Shown: piece by piece, positions 28,800-39,426 of the stretch
Layout: every line of letters begins with the position of its first letter
How positions within the stretch are numbered: position 1 is the stretch's first letter
NCBI GenBank assembly: GCA_963618495.1
Contig: CAVESF010000003.1
Span: forward strand, 7,190 to 71,189
From: Acutalibacteraceae bacterium
Lineage (GTDB): Bacteria; Bacillota; Clostridia; Oscillospirales; CAG-272
Length of the DNA: 64,000 bases
Reading direction: 5' to 3'
Notes under the pieces: generated by a model
Database searches by the model: none
The model's input: the letters and a program-made list of their open reading frames with translations, nothing else
Told to the model about the DNA's origin: nothing
Translations under genes and position numbers: made by a program

Positions 28800-31205
28800 A
28801 TGAAATACGACTACACCGCCATTGAGAAGAAATGGCAGAAAATCTGGGACGACAAAAAAGCTTTTCATGCCGAGATAGACAAGAGCAAGCCGAAATACTA
28901 TGCGCTTATTGAATTTCCGTATCCCTCCGGTCAGGGACTGCATATAGGGCATCCGCGCCCCTATACGGCAATGGATATCGTGGCGCGCAAGAAGAGAATG
29001 CAGGGCTACAACGTGCTTTTCCCGATGGGCTGGGACGCTTTCGGTCTGCCGACGGAAAACTACGCGATAAAGAACAAAGTACACCCCGCAGATGTCACGA
29101 AGAAGAATATAGCTCATTTCAAGGAGCAGCTTAAAATGCTCGGTTTCAGCTTTGACTGGGACAGAGAGATAAACACCACCGATCCCGAATATGTGAAGTG
29201 GACGCAGTGGATATTCCTCCAGCTCTACAAGCACGGGTTCGCATATAAGAAAGAAATGTCCGTAAACTTCTGCACCTCCTGCAAGTGCGTGCTTGCAAAC
29301 GAAGAGGTTGTGAACGGCGTATGCGAGCGTTGCGGAAGCGAGGTTGTTCACAAGGTAAAGAGCGAGTGGATGCTCAAGATAACGGAATATGCGGGAAGGC
29401 TTATTGACGACCTTGACGGGCTTGACTTCATCGACCGCGTAAAGACGCAGGAGATAAACTGGATAGGGCGCTCCTACGGCGCGCAGGTCAGATTCAAATC
29501 CACAGAGGGCGACGATATCGAGATATACACGACGCGCCCCGATACGCTTTTCGGCGCTACATATATGGTCATAGCGCCCGAGCACGCTCTCATAGAAAAG
29601 TGGAAAGACAAGCTTACAAATTACGCTGATATTATAAAGTATAAGGAAGAAGCCGCGAGAAAATCCGACTTTGAACGCACGGAACTCGCCAAGGACAAGA
29701 CGGGCGTGCGTCTCGAGGGCGTAGAGGCGATAAATCCCGTAAACGGCAAGAAAATACCGATATTCGTTTCCGACTATGTTCTCGCGACATACGGAACAGG
29801 CGCTATCATGGCTGTTCCGGCGCACGATACGCGCGACTGGGATTTCGCAAAGAAATTCGGCCTGCCGATAGTTGAGGTTGTGGCAGGCGGCGATGTGGAG
29901 AAAGAAGCTTTCACCGATGTTGCCGCGGGCAAACTCTGCAATTCCGGTTTCCTTGACGGGCTCGAGGTTGCCGAGGCAAAAGAGAAGATAACCGAATGGC
30001 TGACAGAAAAGGGAATAGGTGAGAAAAAAACAAACTACAAGCTGCGTGACTGGGTATTTTCCCGTCAGCGTTACTGGGGAGAGCCTGTGCCGCTCGTTTA
30101 CTGCGAACATTGCGGCGGATGGGTTCCCGTACCCGAAGACCGGCTCCCCGTAACTCTTCCCGCCGTAGAGCACTACGAGCCTACGGACAACGGTGAATCT
30201 CCGCTTGCGAAGATGACGGACTGGGTCAATACGACATGTCCCGTGTGCGGCGGTCCCGCAAAGCGCGAGACAGACACGATGCCGCAGTGGGCGGGTTCTT
30301 CATGGTATTTCCTGCGCTACTGCGACCCGCACTGCAAAACGGCGCTTGCTTCAAGCGAAGCACTCGACTACTGGATGCCCGTAGACTGGTATAACGGCGG
30401 CATGGAGCATGTAACGCTGCACCTGCTTTATTCGCGCTTCTGGGCGAAATTCCTCTATGATATCGGCGTGATAAAATGCAAGGAGCCTTATCTCAAGCGC
30501 ACGGCGCACGGCATGGTTCTCGGCGAGGACGGCAGCAAGATGTCGAAATCACGCGGCAATGTAATAAATCCCGACGATATAGTGCGCGAATACGGCGCGG
30601 ATACGCTCCGCCTCTACGAGATGTTCATAGGCGATTTCGAAAAGGAAGCGCCGTGGTCTCAGACAGGCATCAAGGGCTGTCGCAGATTTGTGGAGAGAGT
30701 AGTCGGACTCTGCGATATGGCAAAGGGCGATGGCGTTACGCCGAAGCTCGAAAATGCTTTCCACAAGACGATAAAGAAAGTTACGCTCGATATAGAAAGC
30801 ATGAAATTCAATACGGCGATAGCGGCTATGATGTCTCTCGTAAATGATATTTACGATGTCGGCACGCTCACGCGCGGTGAACTCGGAATATTCGTTCATC
30901 TGCTCTGTCCCTTTGCGCCGCATATAAGCGAAGAGATATGGGAGAGCCTCGGCGGCAGAGGACTGCTCTCGCTCGACAAATGGCCCGAATATGATGAGGC
31001 AAAGACTGTAGACAGCACGGTTTCCGTTGCCGTGCAGATATGCGGCAAGACGAAAGAGATAGTCGAGATAGCGAAAGGCGCTTCCGAGGAGGAAGCAACC
31101 GCGGCGGCTATGGCGAGCGGCAAGATTGCCGCCATGCTCGAGGGCAAGCAGATAGTGAAGAAGATATTCGTTCGCGACAGAATACTCAATTTTGTGGCAA
31201 AATGA
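28800..31205 (+). CDS. leuS: leucine--tRNA ligase
   Basis: 801 aa. HIGH motif (GLHIGHPR), KMSKS motif (KMSKSRGN) and a CP1 editing domain. Only 39 nt separate it from rsfS, so there is no T-box. Confidence 0.95.
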   Translation: MKYDYTAIEKKWQKIWDDKKAFHAEIDKSKPKYYALIEFPYPSGQGLHIGHPRPYTAMDIVARKKRMQGYNVLFPMGWDAFGLPTENYAIKNKVHPADVTKKNIAHFKEQLKMLGFSFDWDREINTTDPEYVKWTQWIFLQLYKHGFAYKKEMSVNFCTSCKCVLANEEVVNGVCERCGSEVVHKVKSEWMLKITEYAGRLIDDLDGLDFIDRVKTQEINWIGRSYGAQVRFKSTEGDDIEIYTTRPDTLFGATYMVIAPEHALIEKWKDKLTNYADIIKYKEEAARKSDFERTELAKDKTGVRLEGVEAINPVNGKKIPIFVSDYVLATYGTGAIMAVPAHDTRDWDFAKKFGLPIVEVVAGGDVEKEAFTDVAAGKLCNSGFLDGLEVAEAKEKITEWLTEKGIGEKKTNYKLRDWVFSRQRYWGEPVPLVYCEHCGGWVPVPEDRLPVTLPAVEHYEPTDNGESPLAKMTDWVNTTCPVCGGPAKRETDTMPQWAGSSWYFLRYCDPHCKTALASSEALDYWMPVDWYNGGMEHVTLHLLYSRFWAKFLYDIGVIKCKEPYLKRTAHGMVLGEDGSKMSKSRGNVINPDDIVREYGADTLRLYEMFIGDFEKEAPWSQTGIKGCRRFVERVVGLCDMAKGDGVTPKLENAFHKTIKKVTLDIESMKFNTAIAAMMSLVNDIYDVGTLTRGELGIFVHLLCPFAPHISEEIWESLGGRGLLSLDKWPEYDEAKTVDSTVSVAVQICGKTKEIVEIAKGASEEEATAAAMASGKIAAMLEGKQIVKKIFVRDRILNFVAK

Positions 31206-31258
31206 TGCCACTGAGGGAAAAATATTGTGATTTTTTGAAAAAAACACAGAAAATCGTA

Positions 31259-31287
31259 TTGACAAAATCGCGCGGGTATTATATAAT
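31259..31287 (+). promoter_or_regulatory. perfect consensus sigma-A promoter for yceD-rpmF
   Basis: TTGACA (31259-64), a 17-nt spacer, then TATAAT (31282-87). Confidence 0.6.
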
Positions 31288-31339
31288 GTAAAAAGCCGTA
31301 CTGTGGCATTTCAAATAGCGAAAATCAGGAGAGAAAGCA

Positions 31340-31846
31340 ATGGTTTTTGATATCACCCCGATACTTAACGGCGAAACCGATAAAATGGATTTTGCCTTTG
31401 ATTATCTTCCCGAGAGGGACGGGGTAGTCGCCGCTCTTTTCTCCGATATCGTTTTTGAAGCGCCTATCAGCGCCGTCGGTTATGTCAGAAACAGGGCGGG
31501 ATATATGTTTATCCATGCCGATGTCTCTCTGATGTATAAGACCGCGTGCGCCAGATGTGCGGAGCCTGTTGAGGGCAAAATGAATTTTTCCTTTGAAAAG
31601 GATATAGCGAACGGCGGAGTTGACGAGGACAACGACGATTATATCTTCGTGAAAAATCAGAAGATTGATTTGTCCGAGCCTCTGGAGGAGGAGCTTCTGC
31701 TGGTGCTTCCCGCAAAGACACTTTGCAGGGAGGATTGCCGCGGGCTTTGCCCGAAATGCGGAAAGAATCTTAATCTCGGAGATTGCGGCTGCGAGAAATC
31801 GCAGGGCGATCCGAGGCTGGCTATCCTGAAAACTTTGCTAAAGTGA
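31340..31846 (+). CDS. yceD: DUF177 / YceD family protein (large-subunit rRNA accumulation)
   Basis: Has the C-terminal Cys motif ..CREDCRGLCPKCGKNLNLGDCGC. It sits directly upstream of rpmF as in most bacteria. Confidence 0.85.
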   Translation: MVFDITPILNGETDKMDFAFDYLPERDGVVAALFSDIVFEAPISAVGYVRNRAGYMFIHADVSLMYKTACARCAEPVEGKMNFSFEKDIANGGVDEDNDDYIFVKNQKIDLSEPLEEELLLVLPAKTLCREDCRGLCPKCGKNLNLGDCGCEKSQGDPRLAILKTLLK

Positions 31847-31891
31847 TATTGCAAAAAAAGATGTCAGCACTTTAAGGAGGTGTAGGTAGAA

Positions 31892-32074
31892 ATGGCAGTA
31901 CCGAAGAAAAAAGTATCGAAAGCAAGACGCGATAAGAGACGCTCTAATGTTTGGAAGCTCGAGCTTCCCGGAATGTCTAAGTGCCCGAACTGCGGAGAAT
32001 ATAATCTTGCACACAGAGTTTGCAAGGCTTGCGGACATTACGACGGCAAGGAAATCGTGAAGAAAGACGCATAA
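31892..32074 (+). CDS. rpmF: 50S ribosomal protein L32
   Basis: [18 protein letters not shown].. followed by the zinc ribbon [18 protein letters not shown]. 60 aa. Confidence 0.93.
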   Translation: MAVPKKKVSKARRDKRRSNVWKLELPGMSKCPNCGEYNLAHRVCKACGHYDGKEIVKKDA

Positions 32075-32088
32075 GTACAGCTTCCGTA

Positions 32089-32116
32089 GGGTAGGTATGC
32101 CAAAACATACCTACCC
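32089..32116 (+). terminator. hairpin terminator after rpmF
   Basis: GGGTAGGTATG-ccaaaa-CATACCTACCC forms an 11-bp stem followed by ATCTTGTT. Confidence 0.6.
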
Positions 32117-32154
32117 ATCTTGTTATTCTGAAGTAAAAAGCGACGGGGATTTGT

Positions 32155-33456
32155 ATGGTAAAGATAGAATCTGTCAGAAAAGGCTCATATGCCGACAGGG
32201 CGGGTATTTCCGCGGGCGATGAGCTTATAAGCGTGAACGGGAACGAAATTCACGATGTTCTCGACTACAGATTTCATATATGTAACGAAAAGCTTGATAT
32301 TCTGCTTCAGCGCGACGGAAAGGAATATCACGCCAAAATAAAAAAAGACGAATACGATGATATCGGGCTTGAATTTGAGACATTTCTCATGGACTGCAAG
32401 CACTCGTGCAGAAACAAATGCATTTTCTGCTTTATCGACCAGCTTCCGAAAGGGATGAGAGACACGCTCTATTTCAAGGATGATGACAGTCGCCTTTCTT
32501 TTTTGCAGGGCAACTATATCACGATGACAAACCTCTCCGATGAGGATGTCGACCGTATAATAAAAATGCGCATGTCGCCGATAAACATTTCCGTCCATAC
32601 GACAAATCCGGAGCTTCGTGTTTTCATGCTGAAAAACAAAAACGCGGGAAAAAGCCTTTCTTATCTCAAGCGTTTCTATGACGCGGAGATTGAAATGAGC
32701 TGTCAAATAGTGCTTTGCCGCGGCATAAACGACGGAGATGAGCTTATACGCACGATGCACGATCTCGCGGCACTTCACCCATATGTGGAGAGCGTTTCCA
32801 TAGTGCCTGCGGGCATGACAAAGTTCCGCGAGGGGCTTGCCGAGCTGACGCCTTTTTCAAAAGAAGAAGCGGCGGGCGTTATCTCCACGGTGGAATGGTT
32901 TGCGGGAGAATGCAAAAAGGCATACGGCACAAGCATTTTCTACTGCGCGGACGAAATGTATATAGAGGCGGGACTTCCGCTCCCCGACGGAGAATACTAT
33001 GAGGGCTATCGCCAGATAGAAAACGGCGTGGGCATGATTGCATCCATGCGCGATGAATTTCATGATGCGCTCTCGGATTTTGAGCCGGAGAATACGGTGA
33101 TGCGCACGGTTTCGATTGCTACCGGAGCGGCGGCATATGATTTCATATGCTCGCTTGCGCGCGAACTTGAAGATAAATTTTCTTTTATCAAAATAAATGT
33201 ATATAAGATTGACAATAACTTTTTCGGCACAAGTATAACCGTGGCGGGGCTGATAACGGGAACTGATCTCTCGGAGCAGCTCGCCGACAAGGAGCTTGGA
33301 GAGAGACTCTATCTTCCATGCAACATGCTTCGCCATGAGAGAGACCTTTTTCTCTGCGGCATGAGCGTGGACAAACTCTCGGAAAAGATCGGAGTACCGA
33401 TAGAAATCACGGAAAACGACGGTTACGACTTCATCGGAAAGATAATGAACATATAG
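32155..33456 (+). CDS. PDZ + radical-SAM-like DUF512 protein
   Basis: N-terminal PDZ (..GSYADRAGISAGDELISVNGNEI..). Cys cluster CKHSCRNKCIFCF. 433 aa, in the position upstream of der that is typical for Clostridia. Confidence 0.8.
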   Translation: MVKIESVRKGSYADRAGISAGDELISVNGNEIHDVLDYRFHICNEKLDILLQRDGKEYHAKIKKDEYDDIGLEFETFLMDCKHSCRNKCIFCFIDQLPKGMRDTLYFKDDDSRLSFLQGNYITMTNLSDEDVDRIIKMRMSPINISVHTTNPELRVFMLKNKNAGKSLSYLKRFYDAEIEMSCQIVLCRGINDGDELIRTMHDLAALHPYVESVSIVPAGMTKFREGLAELTPFSKEEAAGVISTVEWFAGECKKAYGTSIFYCADEMYIEAGLPLPDGEYYEGYRQIENGVGMIASMRDEFHDALSDFEPENTVMRTVSIATGAAAYDFICSLARELEDKFSFIKINVYKIDNNFFGTSITVAGLITGTDLSEQLADKELGERLYLPCNMLRHERDLFLCGMSVDKLSEKIGVPIEITENDGYDFIGKIMNI

Positions 33457-33469
33457 TAAGGAGGCAGAT

Positions 33470-34813
33470 ATGGCTAAAACTGTACTTGCCATAGTCGGCA
33501 GACCGAATGTCGGCAAGAGCACGCTTTTCAACAAGCTTGCGGGAGAGCGCGTCTCTATAGTCGAGGATATCCCGGGAATCACAAGGGACAGAATATATTT
33601 TGACACGGAATGGAACGGCAGACCGATAACCGTCATCGACACGGGCGGTATCGAGCCGAAAACAGACGATATCATCCTTTCCAAAATGAAAATGCAGGCG
33701 GAGCTTGCCATAGAAACGGCTGATGTTATCGCTTTTGTCTGCGATGTGCGCGCGGGACTCACCGCGGCGGACAGGGATATTGCCGTCATGCTGATAAAGA
33801 GCGGAAAGCCTGTTGTCCTCTGCGTAAACAAGATAGACAGCATTGGCAGTCTGCCTATGGAATATTACGAATTTTACGAGCTTGGCTTTGATGGCGACCC
33901 GATAGCGCTTTCCTCGCTTCACGGCACGGGCACGGGTGACCTGCTTGACCGCGTACTCGAGCTTGCTCCGAGCGACGGCGAAGAGGAAGAAGAGGACGAC
34001 AGCATAAAGGTTGCCGTCATCGGAAAGCCGAATGCGGGCAAAAGCTCGATAATAAACAAGATACTCGGCGAGGACAGGGTTATAGTTTCCGATATCCCGG
34101 GTACCACGCGCGACGCGATAGACACAAAGGTGGAAAACAAATACGGCAAGTATACCTTTATCGATACAGCCGGCATAAGACGCCAGAAAAAGGTTATCGA
34201 CAGGGTGGAGAAGTACAGCGTGCTTCGTTCGCATTCCGCGGTAGAGCGCGCCGATGTCTGCCTTATCATGATAGATGCGACGGCGGGCATCACCGAGCAG
34301 GACGAAAAGATAGCGGGGCTTTCTCATGAGGCGGGCAAAGCCGCGATAATTGTCGTAAACAAATGGGATCTCGTGGAGAAAGACAATTCATCCGTAAAGA
34401 AATTTACCGATGAGATAAAAGAAGCGCTCGCATATATGCCTTATGCGCCGATACTTTTCGTTTCCGCAAAGACGGGGCAGAGAGTGGACAAGCTTTTTGA
34501 GCGCATAAATTATGTCAATGAGCAGGCTTGCATGCGTATTTCCACAGGTATGCTCAACGATGTGCTAAACGACGCCGTTTCACGCGTTCAGCCGCCTACG
34601 GATAAGGGCAAGAGACTGAAAATATACTATATGACGCAGGTTTCCACAAAGCCGCCTACATTCGTTATCTTTGTAAACGATGCGGAGCTTTTCCATTTCT
34701 CATATCAGAGATATATCGAAAACAAACTGCGCGAGGTTTTCGGCTTTTCCGGAACACCGATACGCATAGTTGTCCGTCAGAAAGGCGATGAGCCTTACAT
34801 GGGAGGCAAATGA
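33470..34813 (+). CDS. der: ribosome biogenesis GTPase Der (EngA)
   Basis: Two tandem G domains (GRPNVGKST..DTGG; GKPNAGKSS..DTAG) plus a C-terminal KH-like domain. 447 aa. Confidence 0.95.
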   Translation: MAKTVLAIVGRPNVGKSTLFNKLAGERVSIVEDIPGITRDRIYFDTEWNGRPITVIDTGGIEPKTDDIILSKMKMQAELAIETADVIAFVCDVRAGLTAADRDIAVMLIKSGKPVVLCVNKIDSIGSLPMEYYEFYELGFDGDPIALSSLHGTGTGDLLDRVLELAPSDGEEEEEDDSIKVAVIGKPNAGKSSIINKILGEDRVIVSDIPGTTRDAIDTKVENKYGKYTFIDTAGIRRQKKVIDRVEKYSVLRSHSAVERADVCLIMIDATAGITEQDEKIAGLSHEAGKAAIIVVNKWDLVEKDNSSVKKFTDEIKEALAYMPYAPILFVSAKTGQRVDKLFERINYVNEQACMRISTGMLNDVLNDAVSRVQPPTDKGKRLKIYYMTQVSTKPPTFVIFVNDAELFHFSYQRYIENKLREVFGFSGTPIRIVVRQKGDEPYMGGK

Positions 34814-35493
34814 TGAAAGAGCTTTTGATAAACGGCGTTTTTCCGCTTTCCATAGAAAATCCGCGCTTCTGGCTCGGGCTTGCGATATGCATAATCGTGC
34901 CTTATCTGCTCGGAAGCGTGAATTTTGCCGTTATTCTCACAAAATACAGCGGGAGAGACGACATCCGCAATTTCGGAAGCGGAAATGCGGGAGCTACAAA
35001 TATGATGCGCGTATACGGAAAGAGGCTTTCGCTCCTGACATTTTTTCTCGATGCGCTGAAAGGTGCGCTGAGCGTTTTTCTCGGGCTGATGCTCTTTCCG
35101 CTTGATTATTTTGCGTATATCTGCGCTTTTTTCTGCATGCTCGGTCATGCATTCCCGATATTTTTCGATTTTCGCGGAGGAAAGGGCGTTTCGACTATAG
35201 CGGGAGCGATAATCGCGCTCAATCCTATTGTCGCCGCGATACTTTTCTTTGTATTTTTCGGAATAGCCTTTTTCTCGAAGTATGTTTCGCTTGCGTCCAT
35301 ATTTACGACGTTGCTTTTCCCTGTGCTCAATCTTGCGATACCTTTTTATTCGATTCCGCCTTTCCCCGTGACAAAGACGCTATTTTCAGTGCTGATGCCG
35401 CTTCTCGTGGCTTTTCTGCACAGGCAGAATATCATGCGCCTCTGGAACGGAACGGAGACAAAGACCTTTTTGAAAAAGGACAAAAATTTATAA
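34810..35493 (+). CDS. plsY: glycerol-3-phosphate acyltransferase PlsY
   Basis: ..GSVNFAVILTK..DIRNFGSGNAGATNMMRV..GGKGVST.. are PlsY motifs. Its start overlaps the der stop. Confidence 0.9.
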   Translation: MMKELLINGVFPLSIENPRFWLGLAICIIVPYLLGSVNFAVILTKYSGRDDIRNFGSGNAGATNMMRVYGKRLSLLTFFLDALKGALSVFLGLMLFPLDYFAYICAFFCMLGHAFPIFFDFRGGKGVSTIAGAIIALNPIVAAILFFVFFGIAFFSKYVSLASIFTTLLFPVLNLAIPFYSIPPFPVTKTLFSVLMPLLVAFLHRQNIMRLWNGTETKTFLKKDKNL

Positions 35494-35499
35494 GAAAAA

Positions 35500-35525
35500 A
35501 TCCCACGGAGCATCGTGGGATTTTT
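35500..35525. terminator. bidirectional rho-independent terminator
   Basis: AAAAAA-TCCCACG-gagcat-CGTGGGA-TTTTT lies between plsY (+) and the minus-strand glycosidase region. Confidence 0.75.
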
Positions 35526-35662
35526 GACTGTATTCATTTTACAAATATTTCGTTTTTCAGAAGGGAACATCCGGAGAACCGTTTTTCTTCAAGTGTCATC
35601 CCAGAGATGAGAGACGCTATCTTCTTTTCGTTTTTGGAATTTTTCTTCATTAATTTATTACC

Positions 35663-36562
35663 TTACTTTACTATATACGGCATGTCGTCACGGAACGCTA
35701 TTTCGCATTTCGAGAGATACCAGCTTTTGCCCTTGTTATTTGTACCCTGATAGAAGAGATAAGCTCTTCCGTCGTCATCACGGAATGCATAGGGATGTCC
35801 GGATTCGTCGCTGTTCCAGCTACCCTCCTCGCCGCAGGGGAGGAAAGGACTGTTCATCAACTTATCGAAATGCACGCCGTCATGTGAAACGGCAATGCCT
35901 ATCTGCTGAGGTGTGCAGTTATATGAGCCGCCGTAGAACATATAAATTTTCCCGTCATCGATTATCGTGGCGGGAGCTTCTATGCAGGCGCCCTCGTATT
36001 TATATTCGGGAGCGAGCACGGACTGCGCTATCTCCTGACGCCATGCGCTGCGGGAGAAATCGCTCTTTATATCCGCCGAGGCAACGCCGAGCTTCTGAAT
36101 CTTCATCATATGGTCGCGCGTGGCAAAATAGAGATAAAGTCTGCCGCGAAATTCTATGACATCGGCATCTATCGCTCTGCCGCAACACCAGTCCGCCGTA
36201 GGTGCGAAAACGGGATTTGTCGGGTCTTTTTCAAAGTTGACTCCGTCGCGCGAGGTGGCATGGCAGATGGCGTCCTTTTCGTTATTGCCGTATGTCTGAT
36301 AGAACATGTGTATAACGCCGTCGAGAACTATCGCGCCGGGCGCGCCGATGCCGTTTTCCTCGCAGCCTCCACCTATCGGAAGCCTGCCGACTGGCATCCA
36401 GTTTTCGAGGTCATCGGAAACAGATATGCCGATATCGAGTTTATCCTTTCCGTCTATGCCGACCCACAGGGAATAGTACATGAAATATTTATCGCCAAGC
36501 CTTACTACGCAAGGGTCCTTGGCATAGTGTTCTCTTATGTTTGAGGTATCACAGAAATACAT
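35663..36562 (-). CDS. five-bladed beta-propeller glycoside hydrolase, GH43-like
   Basis: I chose start MYFCDT.. at 36562 (GGAGA RBS). The motifs ..AKDPCVVRLGDKYFMYYS.., ..GAPGAIVLDGVIHMFYQ.. and ..EGACIEAPATIIDDGKIYMFYGG.. resemble the GH43/GH32 clan. The exact family is not determinable by eye. Confidence 0.55.
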   Translation of the reverse strand: MYFCDTSNIREHYAKDPCVVRLGDKYFMYYSLWVGIDGKDKLDIGISVSDDLENWMPVGRLPIGGGCEENGIGAPGAIVLDGVIHMFYQTYGNNEKDAICHATSRDGVNFEKDPTNPVFAPTADWCCGRAIDADVIEFRGRLYLYFATRDHMMKIQKLGVASADIKSDFSRSAWRQEIAQSVLAPEYKYEGACIEAPATIIDDGKIYMFYGGSYNCTPQQIGIAVSHDGVHFDKLMNSPFLPCGEEGSWNSDESGHPYAFRDDDGRAYLFYQGTNNKGKSWYLSKCEIAFRDDMPYIVK

Positions 36563-36825
36563 TTTTTCTCCTTGAAAACCGCTTTCCGAAGAAAGCATAT
36601 AATACTGTTGTTATTTTACCATCGGGCTGGAAAAAAGTCAACATCAAATGCCAATGCAGGCTCTAATTTTTGATATAAAATAAAAATGAAAATAAAAAAT
36701 AAAATTTTTTTCGATTTCGGTGAGAAAATCCGCCTGCTTTTTCGACTAATAAGTGACATCCGAGGAAAACTATCCGAAAAAGAACCAAAAATCGCAAAAC
36801 AGCGGAAGAAAGGCAGAAATTTAAA

Positions 36826-37395
36826 ATGAAAAAGATTATCGCACTGATTCTCGTGGCAGTTATGCTCACAGCCCTTGCGGCATGCGGCAAAAAGCCTGAC
36901 GATACCGGTTCGTCGGAAACAAGCACGACAACGGAGAAAGCCGAAACCGGATCCGCGAGTGAGACTGTTACTCCTCCCGAGAAAAAGGAGCTTTCCGATA
37001 TAATTGACGCCACCTATGAAAAGCACCCGATTTCAATTGAAGTTTTTACAGACGCAATTGATTCTTCGGATACTGATACGGTACAGTTTATGGCGGGCAT
37101 AACAAGCATGGAGAGGGTTTCCGAAATCTGTGTTTCCGCTCCTATGATGGCTCCTCCCGCATATCAGATGACAGTTGTCCGCGTAAAGGACGCTTCCGAT
37201 GCCGAAGCCGTAGCAAGGGAAATGCTCGAAAACGCAGATCCGGCAAAGTGGATATGTGTTCAGGCAGAGCGTGTCCGCATAGGTGTTTGCGGCGACACGA
37301 TAATGATGGTTATGTCATCTGTAGAGGAAGCGGACGCGCTTATCTCCGCTTTCGGCGAGGTTTGCGGCGGACTTACACTCACTCTCGAAAAATAA
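36826..37395 (+). CDS. lipoprotein, DUF4358-like
   Basis: Lipobox signal MKKIIALILVAVMLTALAAC. The region ..YQMTVVRVKDASDAEAVAREMLENADPAKWICV.. resembles DUF4358. Confidence 0.6.
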   Translation: MKKIIALILVAVMLTALAACGKKPDDTGSSETSTTTEKAETGSASETVTPPEKKELSDIIDATYEKHPISIEVFTDAIDSSDTDTVQFMAGITSMERVSEICVSAPMMAPPAYQMTVVRVKDASDAEAVAREMLENADPAKWICVQAERVRIGVCGDTIMMVMSSVEEADALISAFGEVCGGLTLTLEK

Positions 37396-37439
37396 ACAAC
37401 ATTTAAAACAAGCCGATATTCGGCGGAAAGGCGGATAAT

Positions 37440-38684
37440 ATGAAAAACTTTTTTACAGCTGTTATCGCATTGGCTCTCTGCATGGGAATGCTTCTCGGAG
37501 TTTCCTCTTGCGGGGCAAAAGTGAGGGCAACGGATTTGCTTTCACTTATCATGCCCAACACGGTGAGCGGCAAGGCAAGCGACGATAAGTTTGCCGCCGC
37601 ATACACGGAATTTGCCAAAAAGCTCTGCGCGGGATCGGATAACGGCGATGAGAATGTTCTCATCTCGCCGCTCTCGGTAATGCTTGCCCTCTCGATGACG
37701 GCAAACGGCGCCGACGGCACGACACGCTCCCAAATGGAGACTGTTCTCGGCGGCGATATTTCGCTCTCGGAGCTCAATGAGTATCTTTACAAATACGCAA
37801 AGAATCTCTACAATGCGGATAACTGCAAGCTGAACATAGCAAACTCGATATGGCTTCGCGAGGGAATTGAAGTAAAAAATCCTTTCCTCCAGGACTGCGC
37901 CGACTACTATGCGGCACAGCTCTACCGCGAGCCTTTTAACCGGGCTACCGTGAATAAGATAAATCTCTGGGTTCGCGACAATACCGACAAAATGATAGAC
38001 AAAATCATCGACAGTATCAATGCGGATTCCATGATGTATCTGATAAACGCCATAGCTTTCGACGCAAAATGGGAGACGAAATTCGAAGACACGAAAAAAG
38101 ATATTTTCACAAATTCAAAGGGCGAAAAGGAAAATGTCACATACCTCTGCGACGAGCGTCACAGCGGCTATTTCGAGCTCGACGGAGCAAAGGGAATAGC
38201 ACTGGATTACAAGGGCGGCAGATACAGCTTTGTCGCTATTCTCCCGAATGACGCGGATGCCGACATAAACGGATATTTCACTTCGCTTGATGCGAAAAGT
38301 CTTATCACGGCGATAAAGAGTGCGAAAAATGACAGCACGGCAGTAGACCTGCGCCTGCCGCAGTTCAAATTCGATTATACGACGGAATTGGGTACTGTCC
38401 TCTCCAAGATGGGCATGCCGACGGCATTTACTCCCGCCGCGGATTTCTCAAAAATTTCCGATGAGCCGCTTGCCATAGGCAATGTGATACACAAAACATA
38501 TATCGAGGTTGATAAGGAAGGAACAAAGGCGGCAGCTGTTACTGCCATCGACATGAAGTGCACCTCGGCGGCTCCTGCCGAGAACCCGACAGAACTCTTT
38601 TTCGATCGTCCGTTTATCTTCATGATAGCGGATAACGAAACTGGAATGCCGATATTTGTCGGCACTCTTGCAACGGCAAAATAA
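37440..38684 (+). CDS. serpin family protease inhibitor with lipoprotein signal
   Basis: Signal with lipobox (..MLLGVSSCG). Serpin core ..ISPLSVMLALSMTANGA..INLWVRDNTDKMI..FDAKWE... Hinge and reactive-centre loop ..EVDKEGTKAAAVTAIDMKCTSAAPAENPTELFFDRPFIFMI. Confidence 0.85.
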   Translation: MKNFFTAVIALALCMGMLLGVSSCGAKVRATDLLSLIMPNTVSGKASDDKFAAAYTEFAKKLCAGSDNGDENVLISPLSVMLALSMTANGADGTTRSQMETVLGGDISLSELNEYLYKYAKNLYNADNCKLNIANSIWLREGIEVKNPFLQDCADYYAAQLYREPFNRATVNKINLWVRDNTDKMIDKIIDSINADSMMYLINAIAFDAKWETKFEDTKKDIFTNSKGEKENVTYLCDERHSGYFELDGAKGIALDYKGGRYSFVAILPNDADADINGYFTSLDAKSLITAIKSAKNDSTAVDLRLPQFKFDYTTELGTVLSKMGMPTAFTPAADFSKISDEPLAIGNVIHKTYIEVDKEGTKAAAVTAIDMKCTSAAPAENPTELFFDRPFIFMIADNETGMPIFVGTLATAK

Positions 38685-38709
38685 TATATGATACCCCCCC
38701 GCTTTGACG

Positions 38710-38750
38710 GCGACGGAACATATTTTTGCTCCGTCGCTGCTTTTATTTTT
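38710..38750 (+). terminator. terminator after serpin gene
   Basis: GCGACGGA-(12 nt)-TCCGTCGC followed by TGCTTTTATTTTT. Confidence 0.55.
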
Positions 38751-38759
38751 AAAAAATAC

Positions 38760-38788
38760 TTGAAAAAATCCGATACAAGGTATATAAT
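38760..38788 (+). promoter_or_regulatory. sigma-A promoter for the flavoprotein gene
   Basis: TTGAAA (38760-65), a 17-nt spacer, then TATAAT (38783-88). Confidence 0.55.
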
Positions 38789-38831
38789 AAAGGTGTAATA
38801 ATGAAGAGAATTTAACATACGGGGGAAAAAG

Positions 38832-39368
38832 ATGAAGGTACTTGTGATAGCGACAAGTCTGCGTGAAAACAGCAATTCCGATATGCTGGCAAAGGCTTTT
38901 CTGCGCGGCGCAGGGGATGCCGGTCACGAAACGGTTTACATATCGCTGAAAGGGAAGAGCATCGGCTACTGCGACGGATGTCTTTCCTGCCAGAAAACGG
39001 GCGTTTGTAAGATAAAGGACGATATGGCAGAGATACTTGAACATATCCGTACCGCCGACGCGATAGCTTTTGCTACGCCTATCTATTATTACGAGATGTC
39101 CGGTCAGATGAAAACATTGCTCGACCGCGTAAACCCGCTCTATATAGCGGAATGCAATTTCCGCCGCGTATACATGCTCTCAACAGCCGCCGAGCATGTT
39201 GACAGCGTTCCCGACAGAGCGATAGCGGGGCTTTGCGGCTGGATAGAATGCTTCCCGAAGGCGAAGTTTGCCGGCTCTGTATTCAAGGGCGGCGTAAACG
39301 AACCGGGCGAAATAAACGGAAGCAGGAAGATCATCTCCGCATACGAAGCGGGAAAATCGGTAAAATAA
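38832..39368 (+). CDS. iron-sulfur flavoprotein-like NAD(P)H-dependent FMN reductase
   Basis: Flavodoxin-like fold (MKVLVIATSLRENSNSD..). It carries the compact CX2CX2CX5C motif (CDGCLSCQKTGVC) characteristic of Isf-type proteins. 178 aa. Confidence 0.72.
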   Translation: MKVLVIATSLRENSNSDMLAKAFLRGAGDAGHETVYISLKGKSIGYCDGCLSCQKTGVCKIKDDMAEILEHIRTADAIAFATPIYYYEMSGQMKTLLDRVNPLYIAECNFRRVYMLSTAAEHVDSVPDRAIAGLCGWIECFPKAKFAGSVFKGGVNEPGEINGSRKIISAYEAGKSVK

Positions 39369-39387
39369 GATAAGAAGATAAGTGAAA

Positions 39388-39414
39388 ATGCCGTGCAAAA
39401 GCACGGCATTTTTG
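39388..39414 (+). terminator. rho-independent terminator
   Basis: ATGCCGTGC-aaaa-GCACGGCAT followed by TTTTG. Confidence 0.8.
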
Positions 39415-39426
39415 GTAGCAGGCGGT

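Noticed and set aside
35534-35650. A 38-codon minus-strand ORF, MKKNSKNEKKIASLISGMTLEEKRFSGC.., whose ..LISGMTLEEK.. resembles the N-terminus of GH3 beta-glucosidases. It could be a remnant downstream of the GH43-like gene.
   Set aside because: Only about 10 residues are similar and the sequence diverges immediately afterwards. This is too short to support a pseudogene call without a database alignment.
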